A program made the position numbers and the translations under genes. The notes beneath the pieces are model-generated. The model saw nothing but the letters and a program-made list of their open reading frames with translations, was not told where the DNA came from and searched no databases. A stretch of 50,241 nt of DNA from Candidatus Hodarchaeota archaeon. GTDB taxonomy: Archaea > Asgardarchaeota > Heimdallarchaeia > Hodarchaeales > Hodarchaeaceae. Below are positions 11,401 to 20,900 of this stretch, in pieces (the first letter of the stretch is position 1; each line of letters begins with the position of its first letter). The stretch spans positions 1 to 50,241 of the forward strand of contig JAEOTC010000146.1 in assembly GCA_016840035.1 (NCBI GenBank), in the 5' to 3' direction.

Positions 11401-14400
11401 CTTGAATTACTGGATAGCCTCCATAGTAATTAGCGTCAGGATCCATTAGTCCAAGTAAAACATCATCATTCCCATCATTGTCTACATCTGCTTCTACGAG
11501 TAACACTTCAGGACTTGGATCTCTCGTCCAATATCCTCCTTCATAGCTGTCGTTTTCCCAGAGGAGATCATAATCGATGTAAAGAAGATCGGTGGCAGGA
11601 GGATCGGTAACCATGCCTTCAAAGGAATATACATTACCTTGGAGACACGAGACGATAACTTCATCCATTCCATTACCATTCGCATCATACATGGCAATAT
11701 CGGTGGTTTGGGTAACAAACGAGTCAGTTTGCCAGGATTGATAGTATTCTAATACCTGGTTTACCTCATCCCAGTTACCACCAGTTTGAGAGACTTCTAC
11801 AAGGAACGCCTTACTACCAGAAGCAACTGCGATCTCCCGACGATAATCTTTATCACTATCACCAACGTCAATAGCACGAGCTTCGAAGAAGTCGAATTTA
11901 GTGAAGTCTGAGGAGGGATTCATTCCGAAGAAGATATTGTTATAGAAACCACGATCTGTCTCTGGAGTATGGAAATCTGCACCAAATTGTCTGCCAGCAA
12001 GATAACCAGCTGTAGCATAGCCAGTATTACCGTCGGAACCTGGATTATCAGTACCAGTGGCATCATCTCCATAAGCAACAAGGTTTCCTCCATAAGCGAC
12101 AATTCCTTCATCTTCAGATACGATTGGCGTATCATAATGAACTATAGGCGTGGGTGGAGTTCTACTTACATAAGATAGAGCACTACCACCTCCCACGGTG
12201 AGGTTATAGATACTTCCTACAGTTTCACCTTGATAACTTAACTCTCCACCACCAGTTGTCAAACTACCGCCAACAACTTCGACTAGTCCTGAATGTGCGG
12301 AAATATCCCCTGTAGAAATCTGTGTAGATGTTCCACTTACACTAGATGAGTAACCAAGATTAGAAGTCAATGCACTTGTGGCATATTTTTGTGGGGAAAT
12401 GCTAGCTAAGCTGAAGAAATCATACTGTGACATAAAGGAGTAAGCAAAGCCTCCAGTATAATGTGGAGTAATTGCAGGTCCGACAGAGATTAATGATTTA
12501 ACAATGATATTGGGATTTTGTTTTAAGACCATTAAACTAAACCCAAGGATTGGAAAAACTCTGTAAGTGGCAAACGGAGGCGTAGTTGTAACAGATTCAG
12601 GTTCACGCCAGGTATTTCCATCATCTTTAGAATAAGTAACCTGGAGAGCTCCTGAAGGGAGATTTCCATCTGCTTCGAATATTACCATCAGTGTTCTATC
12701 GGAAGTAACAGTTTGGGTAATTGAGGGATGTAATTCATCTATGGCATCGCTGGTAGCTCTGGAGTAGGGGAAGACTTCATCCCACATAGTAGAAGAATTA
12801 GATTTGGCAATCCAGAGATCATAGTCAATTTTAGCCTCAGAAAACATCATTCCTGTAAAAACAATGACCACGTCTCCACTTGTGGATCTTATTGCATCAT
12901 GGGAGACAGCACGATAACCCGATCGACCCCATGTAAGATTATTCTGCACTGCGGAATAGCCAATGTTGGGAATACGGGCTTGAGGAGGAGTGATACTATC
13001 TGCAGGGAATTGATGTTGCCAATAGATTCCTCCTGTTGACATGTTCATATAGGAGATTGCCACTCCTTGATCCTGATTGTCTCCATGTGCCCATACACTA
13101 GGATTATACAGGAAGTGGGATCCACCACTAATAGCTGTAGATCGTTCCTCATTAATAGTACTAAATATTGCGTTTTCCCAGTTTAAAACGCCGCCATTTT
13201 CCTTGAGCTCAAGTAACCAGATCCCTGCGCGTGTGTATGTAGAGAAAGTTAATATCCCTGAAAATGCCAAGAACACACGACCTTCTCTTGTTTGGAAGAG
13301 AGAAGGCTGCATTTCAAGTGAAGAGGAGGAGTAAGCGATACTACCATATCCACCCATAACCAATTGAATACGAGCAAAGATATTTTCACTTTCTAGAACA
13401 GGACCATGTTGAGACCAAGTATCACCAAAATCATTGCTAGTGGCATAATACAGATGAGATCCACCTTTAAAGATTTGAAGCCATTGACCACTCTGGAATC
13501 CAGTTGTCATATCATACTGAAGTTCGATGAAATCAGTATTGCGTAGAGCAAGTGCAACTTTCGTCTCTACATCAAACATAGCTTTCAATTTCATATAGGG
13601 GAAATTGACATAACTTGTGAGAATAGAACGTTCCAGATAGAAATTATCCCTGTCGTTTGGTCCTTTATCAGAATTCTCATAAATGACAATCCCTTTGAAA
13701 GTCCCTACAATGATCTCTTTATATTCATCATAATCCTGATTGTCGATTTCGATATCATAAACAGGATTATCTTCCATGAGATGCATAGGTGCCCACCATG
13801 AATAGGCATAGGTACCCACTTGATTTTCAAGGACGGCCACGAACCCATTATATTGACCCCACCAAGTTTTATTGACTCCTCCAAGAATGATTTCATTAAA
13901 AGTATCATTATCAGTATCAGCAACAGCAATAGATTCAATAGAAAGAGTTTTTACGGTATCGGAAGATAGAGGATTGCCAGGTATAAAGTACCTACCTCTT
14001 ACGGGATAAGGATCAACGAGGAAATTCTCATAGAATTGATCTGCACCATTTGACTCAAAAACAAAGAGGAAACTACCAGCTGCTAAGACAAACTCTCCAT
14101 AACCATTGTAGTCTAAATCACCACCAAAGGCTGCAGCTGTGAACTGGGTAATTCCTAAATCTTGGAAAAGTGGAGCCCAAGCAGATTGTCGCAAATCAGC
14201 CTGCCAGATCAAAGTATATTCATCATCCACGGAAACAAAACCATTATTTCTTTGTTCCCAAACAAATATAGATAATCCGGCAGTAGCTACCATTTCTAGG
14301 AAGCCATCGTTGTCCATATCAAGGCCTACGACGAGCTCCTCAATATGATCCCAGATAGTTCGATAAAATGTGCCACTTACGCCCTCTAATTGATCCCATG

Positions 14401-17400
14401 CATAAGGAGATTGAGTAGATAGTTCTGTATGCGTGATATCTTGAGATCTATACGCTCGTTTATACGTGTTATTGGTGAGGTGCTCAAATACATATAAATT
14501 ATTATCAAAATCACCAATAATAACTTCACCACGTCCATCTTGATCTAGATCACCTGTTTCAATGGTAAGAGTCCAACGCTCAAGTTCAGCCTCACTGGTC
14601 CAGGTTTCGAAAATATGGTACCCATAATTAGCTATAGGAGTGAGATGACTATCTGTTCCAGACTTCAAGTTAATTTCAAGACGAGAGATGATGGGATTTG
14701 TTCCAATCACATACGCATTGTGGTTCTCGTATTCTGCATACAATTGGATTAATTGATGTGTATGGGTATTATAGGTTGTAATATGACTTACTTTCCCAGT
14801 TTTATCATACGCAAATGAAGCATGGGTTAAATTATTAAACCTAAGGCCACCCCATGAGTTGGTATATAACCATTTGTTTTCCTCCCATTGAGGAGCCCAC
14901 TTATAGCCAACGTTTTCGAAATATGTAGTAGCGACAATTGTTTTTTGACGATTAGACCATCCTACTGTTAAATCAAGGTCACCATCACCATCATAGTCGT
15001 ACAACTCAGGAGAATCAAATAATTTGTTAGTAGCTTTAGTGTTTAAATCCTCAAAGTAATCGGGATCGAGAATAAACACAAGATTATTAACATTTTCAAT
15101 AAAGTAAACACGTCCATTAGTTAATACAATATCCTGATCACCATCGCCGTCTACATCACCAACAGCAGTTTCAGGCATCCGTTGGGATTTTTGGAGGGCA
15201 CGCTTCAATAAGCCAGTAATTTCAAGATCTTTTAGCTCAAATTTTCCAGTATACATTCCCAGTGGGGGAGTAGTAGGATCATAGGTATAGACATCTAGCC
15301 CAGCTGTGGCATAAGTCCCGACTGCTGGATCATACATTTCACCAGGAATATTACTAGCCCAACCCAACAACATGATTTCAGGGAAATAATTCAAGTCATG
15401 ATTGAAATCAACAAATCTGGGGGATATAGATTTTTGTTCGTAGAATGGATTGGCATTCACTGGAAGGAAGAAGTATTGAGCAAGCTCAGATAACTCATGG
15501 GTTAACTCTGGTACCACTATAAGTTTACCATTTGTGGTTCCAATGATCATATCGTTCTCAGGAATGTTTAATTCAAATATATCCTGATATGGCTCAAAAG
15601 CAGGAACACTTTCAAAGATCGCGTTGAAAAAAGAGCTAAAAAGCGAAAGCTGAGTAACTGAGGCAAATTCTCCATAAAATCCATTAGGAGCACCAAATTG
15701 CTCTGTCTCTAAGAGGGCAATCTTCTCATCAAGAGAAACTGGAACTTCCCACTCATCACGTAAAATTTGACTTTTTGTTTCGTTAAATAACCAAGTAGGG
15801 ATTTTTCCAGGGCTTTTAACTTCTACAATGTCCCAGATGTTGGTACCTTGGGTATAGCTATCGTTCGTGTATGAATTCCACAATAAATTGTATGCATGAG
15901 CATTAGAATCATACTCAAACATAATGATTTTACCATCACTAGTACCAAGGACGATTTTCTTACCTTCTGATTCACCAGAGGTATAGGCTTTATAATAATC
16001 TAGATCAAGACTTCCAATGGTAAGTGAGGTTGCAGCATCCATAGGACGGTAAAGAACAGGGGCATATCCACCTTTAATCATGAAATAACCATGATTAGTG
16101 ACATTAATTCTCATATAGCGGAAATGTGACCATTTCTTCTCGGAAAGAAGAGGATCAATATCTATCTGAAGATCATCGTCCCCAGGTGCAGAGGATACTA
16201 AAGCAAGTGAAATATCCTTATTTTCCACTAGAGCCCATTCACCATCTCCACGAGAGACTTCAAACGAAATTTTGTTCAATTGTGGTAATGTCCATTCATT
16301 AAAGCGGAGAACGACATCATATCCGAGTCCTTCCTCGGGAATAGCAACTAATCCATCACCCATCACTTCTTGATCCTTACCCCAATCGACAATGGCGCTA
16401 GCAAGAGTATCACGGGCATTGAATACAGTATAATTCTCTGCAGGGTCGTGATTAATGTCTCTAATGCCACCAATTTCAGTGTCATCGACAATATTATCTC
16501 CATTCATATCAATATATACACCATCTTCACCCCAAGGATCAAGCTTGCGATGAATTGCCATAGATGTATTTTTGGGCCATTGGGGTTCCCAACCATATGC
16601 ATGGGGTTCAGGAACTAAGACATCATCAACAACACTCACATAATATACATGTGCACCTGCAAGCATACTGTCATTGAGCGAGGAATAAGTATAGGCGTTG
16701 AAAGTGTCTGTAGGAGGAATTTCATTATTTGACCAGGTCATGAAATCAATATAATGGTTCAAATAGTGACCTAAACCTTCAAACCCTCCGAGTTGCCAGG
16801 ATTCAAGTGGTGCCCATAGTCTATGGGTAAGATAGCGTTCACCCACGATAGGTAAATCTTCATAATTTACTACGACAGTATCCTGACCAACCGCGATGTA
16901 TGCAATTTCATCTGGATCGTCGTCATCTAAATTATCGACGATAACTCGAATAACCGGTTTCCAAGTAGTATTACCACTGTCCCAATGATAACGATATGAG
17001 TTATCCTGAGTAAGAGGCCAAGGTTTTCCATTAATCTGTAAAATTGTTCCGTTATTTTCGTAGATATATACACGACCCAGTTCTGTGCCTACTACAATCT
17101 CGGGAAGAGCGTTATAATTCGTATCACCAGTGGAAAGAGAGAAAATCTTTTCACCAACTGGAATAGTTGCCTTCTCAGTATATTCTATCCAATGTTCATC
17201 ATTAAATGGATAACCAGAATGATTCGTATATTCGTAAATATGGATTTTCTCATCCCAAGAGCCTGCAATAACATCAGGTAGGTAGTCTTTATCGACATCA
17301 GCGATAGCTACACCCCAAACCTGTTGTAGTTTAGGACTGGTCCAAACATGGACAAATTGGTTCTCCATGTTATCATAAGGATCGTAAATATGTTCTTGTT

Positions 17401-17962
17401 CAAACACATAGACATGACCATCAGCACTACCAGCAGCAATTTCCATAAAATCATTGTTATCAGTATCTCCAAAGGCAATTGATAGTACGTCTCCAGTGAT
17501 TATCTCATCACCACTATCCCAGACTTTATCATATTCACGGGTGAAAGCATTCCAACGATAAATGTGAATTTCATTATCGTAGAGATATCCACCACCTACA
17601 GCAAGAAACTCGTTGTTAGGATCAGTGGTTATGCATCTAACAGCTGCTTTCGTTAACCATGGTTCCCAAACTTTTTGATACGACATTTCAGTATTCATGA
17701 GATGTTTTGTAATGTCCATATTTCCTGGTAGGAACTTATTCCCAACACCTGGGTCACTGTTAGAGTAAAACCCATCCTCAGTACTTTCAATTGAGGCTCG
17801 GAGTGGAGAGATAGGTTGATCCAAATCCAAGAAGAAATCTTCCCAGGTGGGTTCAAGCTGGAAAAGTCCAACGGATACGGCAGGACTGAAGACAAAAAGA
17901 CTTAGTACACCAATAGCGAGCATACGATAGATTATTTTCTTCATGGGTATTCCTCCTTGCAT
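8426..17962 (-). CDS. Giant (~3170 aa) FG-GAP/VCBS multi-beta-propeller surface protein with Asp-box domain and C-terminal TM anchor
   Basis: About 30 [GA]D-h-D-x-D-G-x-x-[DE]-h blades; Asp-boxes SNDFGDTW and SKDDGNTW; signal peptide MKKIIYRMLAIGVLSLFVF; TM IFLSIAALIGVLII. Likely true start is ATG 17944 (AAGGAGG 7 nt upstream). Confidence 0.85.
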   Translation of the reverse strand: MQGGIPMKKIIYRMLAIGVLSLFVFSPAVSVGLFQLEPTWEDFFLDLDQPISPLRASIESTEDGFYSNSDPGVGNKFLPGNMDITKHLMNTEMSYQKVWEPWLTKAAVRCITTDPNNEFLAVGGGYLYDNEIHIYRWNAFTREYDKVWDSGDEIITGDVLSIAFGDTDNNDFMEIAAGSADGHVYVFEQEHIYDPYDNMENQFVHVWTSPKLQQVWGVAIADVDKDYLPDVIAGSWDEKIHIYEYTNHSGYPFNDEHWIEYTEKATIPVGEKIFSLSTGDTNYNALPEIVVGTELGRVYIYENNGTILQINGKPWPLTQDNSYRYHWDSGNTTWKPVIRVIVDNLDDDDPDEIAYIAVGQDTVVVNYEDLPIVGERYLTHRLWAPLESWQLGGFEGLGHYLNHYIDFMTWSNNEIPPTDTFNAYTYSSLNDSMLAGAHVYYVSVVDDVLVPEPHAYGWEPQWPKNTSMAIHRKLDPWGEDGVYIDMNGDNIVDDTEIGGIRDINHDPAENYTVFNARDTLASAIVDWGKDQEVMGDGLVAIPEEGLGYDVVLRFNEWTLPQLNKISFEVSRGDGEWALVENKDISLALVSSAPGDDDLQIDIDPLLSEKKWSHFRYMRINVTNHGYFMIKGGYAPVLYRPMDAATSLTIGSLDLDYYKAYTSGESEGKKIVLGTSDGKIIMFEYDSNAHAYNLLWNSYTNDSYTQGTNIWDIVEVKSPGKIPTWLFNETKSQILRDEWEVPVSLDEKIALLETEQFGAPNGFYGEFASVTQLSLFSSFFNAIFESVPAFEPYQDIFELNIPENDMIIGTTNGKLIVVPELTHELSELAQYFFLPVNANPFYEQKSISPRFVDFNHDLNYFPEIMLLGWASNIPGEMYDPAVGTYATAGLDVYTYDPTTPPLGMYTGKFELKDLEITGLLKRALQKSQRMPETAVGDVDGDGDQDIVLTNGRVYFIENVNNLVFILDPDYFEDLNTKATNKLFDSPELYDYDGDGDLDLTVGWSNRQKTIVATTYFENVGYKWAPQWEENKWLYTNSWGGLRFNNLTHASFAYDKTGKVSHITTYNTHTHQLIQLYAEYENHNAYVIGTNPIISRLEINLKSGTDSHLTPIANYGYHIFETWTSEAELERWTLTIETGDLDQDGRGEVIIGDFDNNLYVFEHLTNNTYKRAYRSQDITHTELSTQSPYAWDQLEGVSGTFYRTIWDHIEELVVGLDMDNDGFLEMVATAGLSIFVWEQRNNGFVSVDDEYTLIWQADLRQSAWAPLFQDLGITQFTAAAFGGDLDYNGYGEFVLAAGSFLFVFESNGADQFYENFLVDPYPVRGRYFIPGNPLSSDTVKTLSIESIAVADTDNDTFNEIILGGVNKTWWGQYNGFVAVLENQVGTYAYSWWAPMHLMEDNPVYDIEIDNQDYDEYKEIIVGTFKGIVIYENSDKGPNDRDNFYLERSILTSYVNFPYMKLKAMFDVETKVALALRNTDFIELQYDMTTGFQSGQWLQIFKGGSHLYYATSNDFGDTWSQHGPVLESENIFARIQLVMGGYGSIAYSSSSLEMQPSLFQTREGRVFLAFSGILTFSTYTRAGIWLLELKENGGVLNWENAIFSTINEERSTAISGGSHFLYNPSVWAHGDNQDQGVAISYMNMSTGGIYWQHQFPADSITPPQARIPNIGYSAVQNNLTWGRSGYRAVSHDAIRSTSGDVVIVFTGMMFSEAKIDYDLWIAKSNSSTMWDEVFPYSRATSDAIDELHPSITQTVTSDRTLMVIFEADGNLPSGALQVTYSKDDGNTWREPESVTTTPPFATYRVFPILGFSLMVLKQNPNIIVKSLISVGPAITPHYTGGFAYSFMSQYDFFSLASISPQKYATSALTSNLGYSSSVSGTSTQISTGDISAHSGLVEVVGGSLTTGGGELSYQGETVGSIYNLTVGGGSALSYVSRTPPTPIVHYDTPIVSEDEGIVAYGGNLVAYGDDATGTDNPGSDGNTGYATAGYLAGRQFGADFHTPETDRGFYNNIFFGMNPSSDFTKFDFFEARAIDVGDSDKDYRREIAVASGSKAFLVEVSQTGGNWDEVNQVLEYYQSWQTDSFVTQTTDIAMYDANGNGMDEVIVSCLQGNVYSFEGMVTDPPATDLLYIDYDLLWENDSYEGGYWTRDPSPEVLLVEADVDNDGNDDVLLGLMDPDANYYGGYPVIQALHGTTGKEFWAYDLSNIDFSISRNSAILWMKTVDLNVNGRDDLVFLVIDYDMQAAGERGALRLYGLIIDENNPTESWQSPTPFDYQSTYELNEFILADMDGDPTLDMVIGLNNRVYVISGHDGNILSGSPTLFYNADNSWKVEHISDGNQTLLISSRDTISQKGAVAYIDVNGSIIHEYQFNDTDFGLTAVQMSLTDDAHEDILILNNGTLFAYDGLINRSQQLWNMTIENSVGNYEDTLRYDFNDDSYVDVMFQIMGSSGSFTYTGEDFFEGERVAHKIEGLTFSNLNNSALQGWTVVDLSATVVTPHSGVMGFYTLETDNYVDIDSGAYIVSAWIGTGTGYPYDYVWTAYDSDGNFVTNATFAHSTPTQYVELTDPLGRIYTVKVSGIGPAGWEGHWAMDDFSYVAFGPTKLMTFSGLDLQESLWEYYLWNSYASHIFMGDLDDDGEHDDLLFSTIYQGNDYPHTGELKVIDGSQGTPLFFYEFSGFIPYHSIGNFGKFADIAILTPAGFSAMFSYVRHEPTQYRNIAVQMDDSISFETRGMVTRLAIGDFNADGDEDIIFGDRARYLIAVDGTTGDMIWKYRVSSPISRIAVEDFHLHDGYSDVAIALKSGLLVIVNGETGRPIWEDYLGPVIINRMKFIDVNQDGVVEELGLSLGFRFTHLWGRFDLYNVTMDTSTGRGSILWQTYQPFAPFTRFEAADFSNSGTLDIVVAVYEHSIWILNGLDGSYIRAFPVTVQDFAVGTFDQDQGLPMIAVIVRNGTVATYRSNDWSSSVVLAAKTHLHIPFRLSHMTIGDFDEDNEDEIVVHSFGDGTYLLEGKPTSGLLLDIVWFFEDRSTFYLPKYLVADMNDDGIKDILTLNHDNIFALDGTTGEVVWASFVPSYLITAMALADFNDDGIQDVAVGTADKWIYVLHGKTDIIIPQEDPLSGKQLGPGTDGNTVSIDPGSPPVSIKKTNFSLEPIFLSIAALIGVLIIPATPFLDRRSRK

Positions 17963-17980
17963 TTAGATATCCCCCTCCTT
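17945..17980 (-). promoter_or_regulatory. Two tandem Shine-Dalgarno/ATG units at the gene A/gene B junction
   Basis: Minus strand: AAGGAGG-GGGATATCTAA-ATG-C-AAGGAGG-AATACCC-ATG; the stop of gene A abuts the first ATG. Confidence 0.65.
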
Positions 17981-20900
17981 TCGTTCAGGAAGTGAAAGCA
18001 GTTTCCTCAGATCTATGCTGTTTATCAGGAATAAAAGTACTCCTGTGAATCCAAAACCAAGAATACCACCCCAAACGAGGGGAGTAAAATCAACTGGTTT
18101 AACTAAGATATAGAATCTAACACTCTTCACAACTTCAGTATTATCAGGTCGTGTAGCAATCATCTCAAGACGATATGTGCCTTTTGGAAGAGTTAGAAGT
18201 TGACTCTCAAACTGATAATGCCGAGGGTTATACTCCATCTTTGTGAATTCATGTGAAACAGGACCTGAACTGAAACGATATCCTACAGAGGTAAAACTGG
18301 TAAAGTTAGTACCAGTGACAGTTACCAGATCTGTCTCGTAGACCGCTTCTATTGGTGAGGTGATCATTAGATCGTCTCGATAGATATCCAATGCATCATA
18401 CATCTCTGTTAAATTAGTAAATTCTAATGGATTTGTACCGACAAGATGTTCAAGCCCATCTCCCCAAGTATCGTTGTCAGTATCCCAATTAGCGGGATCT
18501 GTTCCAAGGATCTGCCATTCAAGTCCATCTAATAAGCCATCATAATCCGAATCTGGATTAAATGGACCACCGCCGGCTATCATTACCGTCGGAGTCATGG
18601 TACCATTGATAGAGCTATCCCCGAAAAATTCATACCCATCAGGAATACCATCATGATCGCTATCAAAGATCAACCCGTCTAGCGTGCCGTTAATGAGACT
18701 ATCGGCCTGCATCGGGTTACTATGATACGGTAACCCAGGATCGAGTTCCGCTCCATCGGGTAACAGGTCATCATCTGTATCTGGATCCGTTGCATTTGTC
18801 GGATACGTTGGGTTGTACGGCCCCATTAGATTAATTTTGAATTTGATACGTCCTGTTTCAATACCTATCGGAACGACTGCAGTGGTTTCATTACAGTCAA
18901 GTAAACCATCAGCATCAGTGTCGTTTTGTAAGGGATTAGTAAGATGGAAAAATATTTCGTCATAGTCACTTAATGTATCATTGTCGGTATCTACGACATC
19001 GGGGCGGGTAAAGTAAGTGTCTAATTCCTCTGAGTCACTTAAGAAGTCGAAATCTGAGTCAGCTAGAACTGGTGAGGTATTGTATATTCGTACAAAGTAG
19101 AATCCAACATAAGGATAGATAAGACTCGATTGATTACCAATCATTAATTCAACACCATCGATGATGGTATCACCATCGGTGTCATTAGAGAGGGGATCTA
19201 AAAGAATTGGGAATGGAATTTGATAGAAGTCAAAGACAACTTCAGGAACTTGACCTGAACCTAGATACAATTCCCAACCATCAGTGATACCATCTAAATC
19301 AGTATCACCGTAAGTTGGATTGGTACCATAATAGTATAGTTCATCACCATCGGAAAGACGGAAAGTATAGTCGATTCTTCCACCAGCGTAGACCACAAAG
19401 TATGTTATGGAGTCAAGATCGGTATCCCATTTGAGGGGGTCAGTCTTGATTCCATTATAGGTACCATATACCTCATCTCCATCTCGGAGATAGTCGCCAT
19501 CCCATACACCATTACCATTTTCATCCAGAGCTTCATCCCATTCTTCTAAACCATCATATCGACCATTCTGGTTAAGATCATTCCATTCTTCCGAATCAGT
19601 ATCATGATCATGAGGTTTGGTTCGGTAAATGAAAATCTCTTCATAGTCATCTAACCGATCGTTATCAGTGTCCTCGTCCATTGGATCGGTAAAGTAAACC
19701 ATTAATTCTGCCCAATCACCAATTCGATCTCCATCACTATCCACTGAAAATGGATTGGTATGATACCAATAAAGTTCTTCTCCATCAGAGAGTCCATCAA
19801 AATCAGTATCGGGGTTGGCTGGATGCGTTCCGTATTTGAAATACTCATCCCCATCAATGACCATATCATGATCTCCATCAGGGTGTAGCGGATTTGATCC
19901 TAGTAGAATCTCTTGCATATCACCTAAGCCGTCCCCATCCGTATCTGGATTGGCATAGTGAGTGTGATTTGACTGAGAACCACGTGTACCTTCTAGTCCA
20001 TCAATTAATCCATCATTATCAGTATCAGCGTCACAAGGATCACTTGGAGGATCGAGAGATAATTCATACCCATCAGAATTCAGAATTTCTGAGATTGGGG
20101 GATCATCATGTGGTTGATCGGGTGCACCTGTTCGATTGTAACTCATAATACCTGTATCTCCGTCAGTATCAGGGTTAACTGGATTTGTATAGGTTACATT
20201 TAGTACAGGTTCACCTTCAATCATGTAAATGATTGGCATACCTTTTACCTCCCAATAATCAGTCGTTAGGATCCAGGAACCATCAGCGATCTTGACATAA
20301 GCACTGGCATGACTTGGGGCAATACTTCCGTCCATTAATTGTTCCCAAGTATCATCATCAGTGTCAGAATCTAATGGATGAGTATATCCACCATTAAAGA
20401 TAATGGGTGGTGTATCTGTTCCAGCTTGTACCGATTCATTATACAACTCATCCAATCCATAATAAGGTCCAAATTCACCTTCTTCACCGTCAAGGAGTCC
20501 ATCACCATCGGTATCAGGATTTAATGGATCCGTGCGGTCATGATAGATTACACCACCAATCAAAACTGATTCTACCGAGGGAGTGACGCGCTGGATATCA
20601 TAGGCATGATTCACTTCATAGAAGTCATCAATACCGTCTTCGTCAGAGTCTGAATCCAATGGATCCGTTCCTATGATAATCGCTTCTTCATAGTCAGTTA
20701 ATCCATCCCAATCTGTATCTGGTTGCAATGGATTGGTTTTTGTATTATGATATTCGACAAAATCATCTAGACCATCAGAATCTGAATCCGGTAAGATGGG
20801 ATCTGTCTTTGAAGTCTGCGTCTCGAACTTATCTGTCAGTCCATCCCCATCTGTGTCTGGAGAATTGGGATTAAGACCAGGAGTATTCAATTCATCCTGA

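Noticed and set aside
16240-16260. RGD tripeptide in subunit B (also LRGDF in subunit A) as an integrin-type ligand
   Set aside because: Expected by chance in >6000 aa; here it falls in the structural VSxDGxxW-like motif.
8426-17962. Calling subunit B a true integrin-alpha orthologue
   Set aside because: No thigh/calf domains, no GFFKR tail and no vWA/MIDAS integrin-beta partner seen; FG-GAP/VCBS blades are widespread in prokaryotes.
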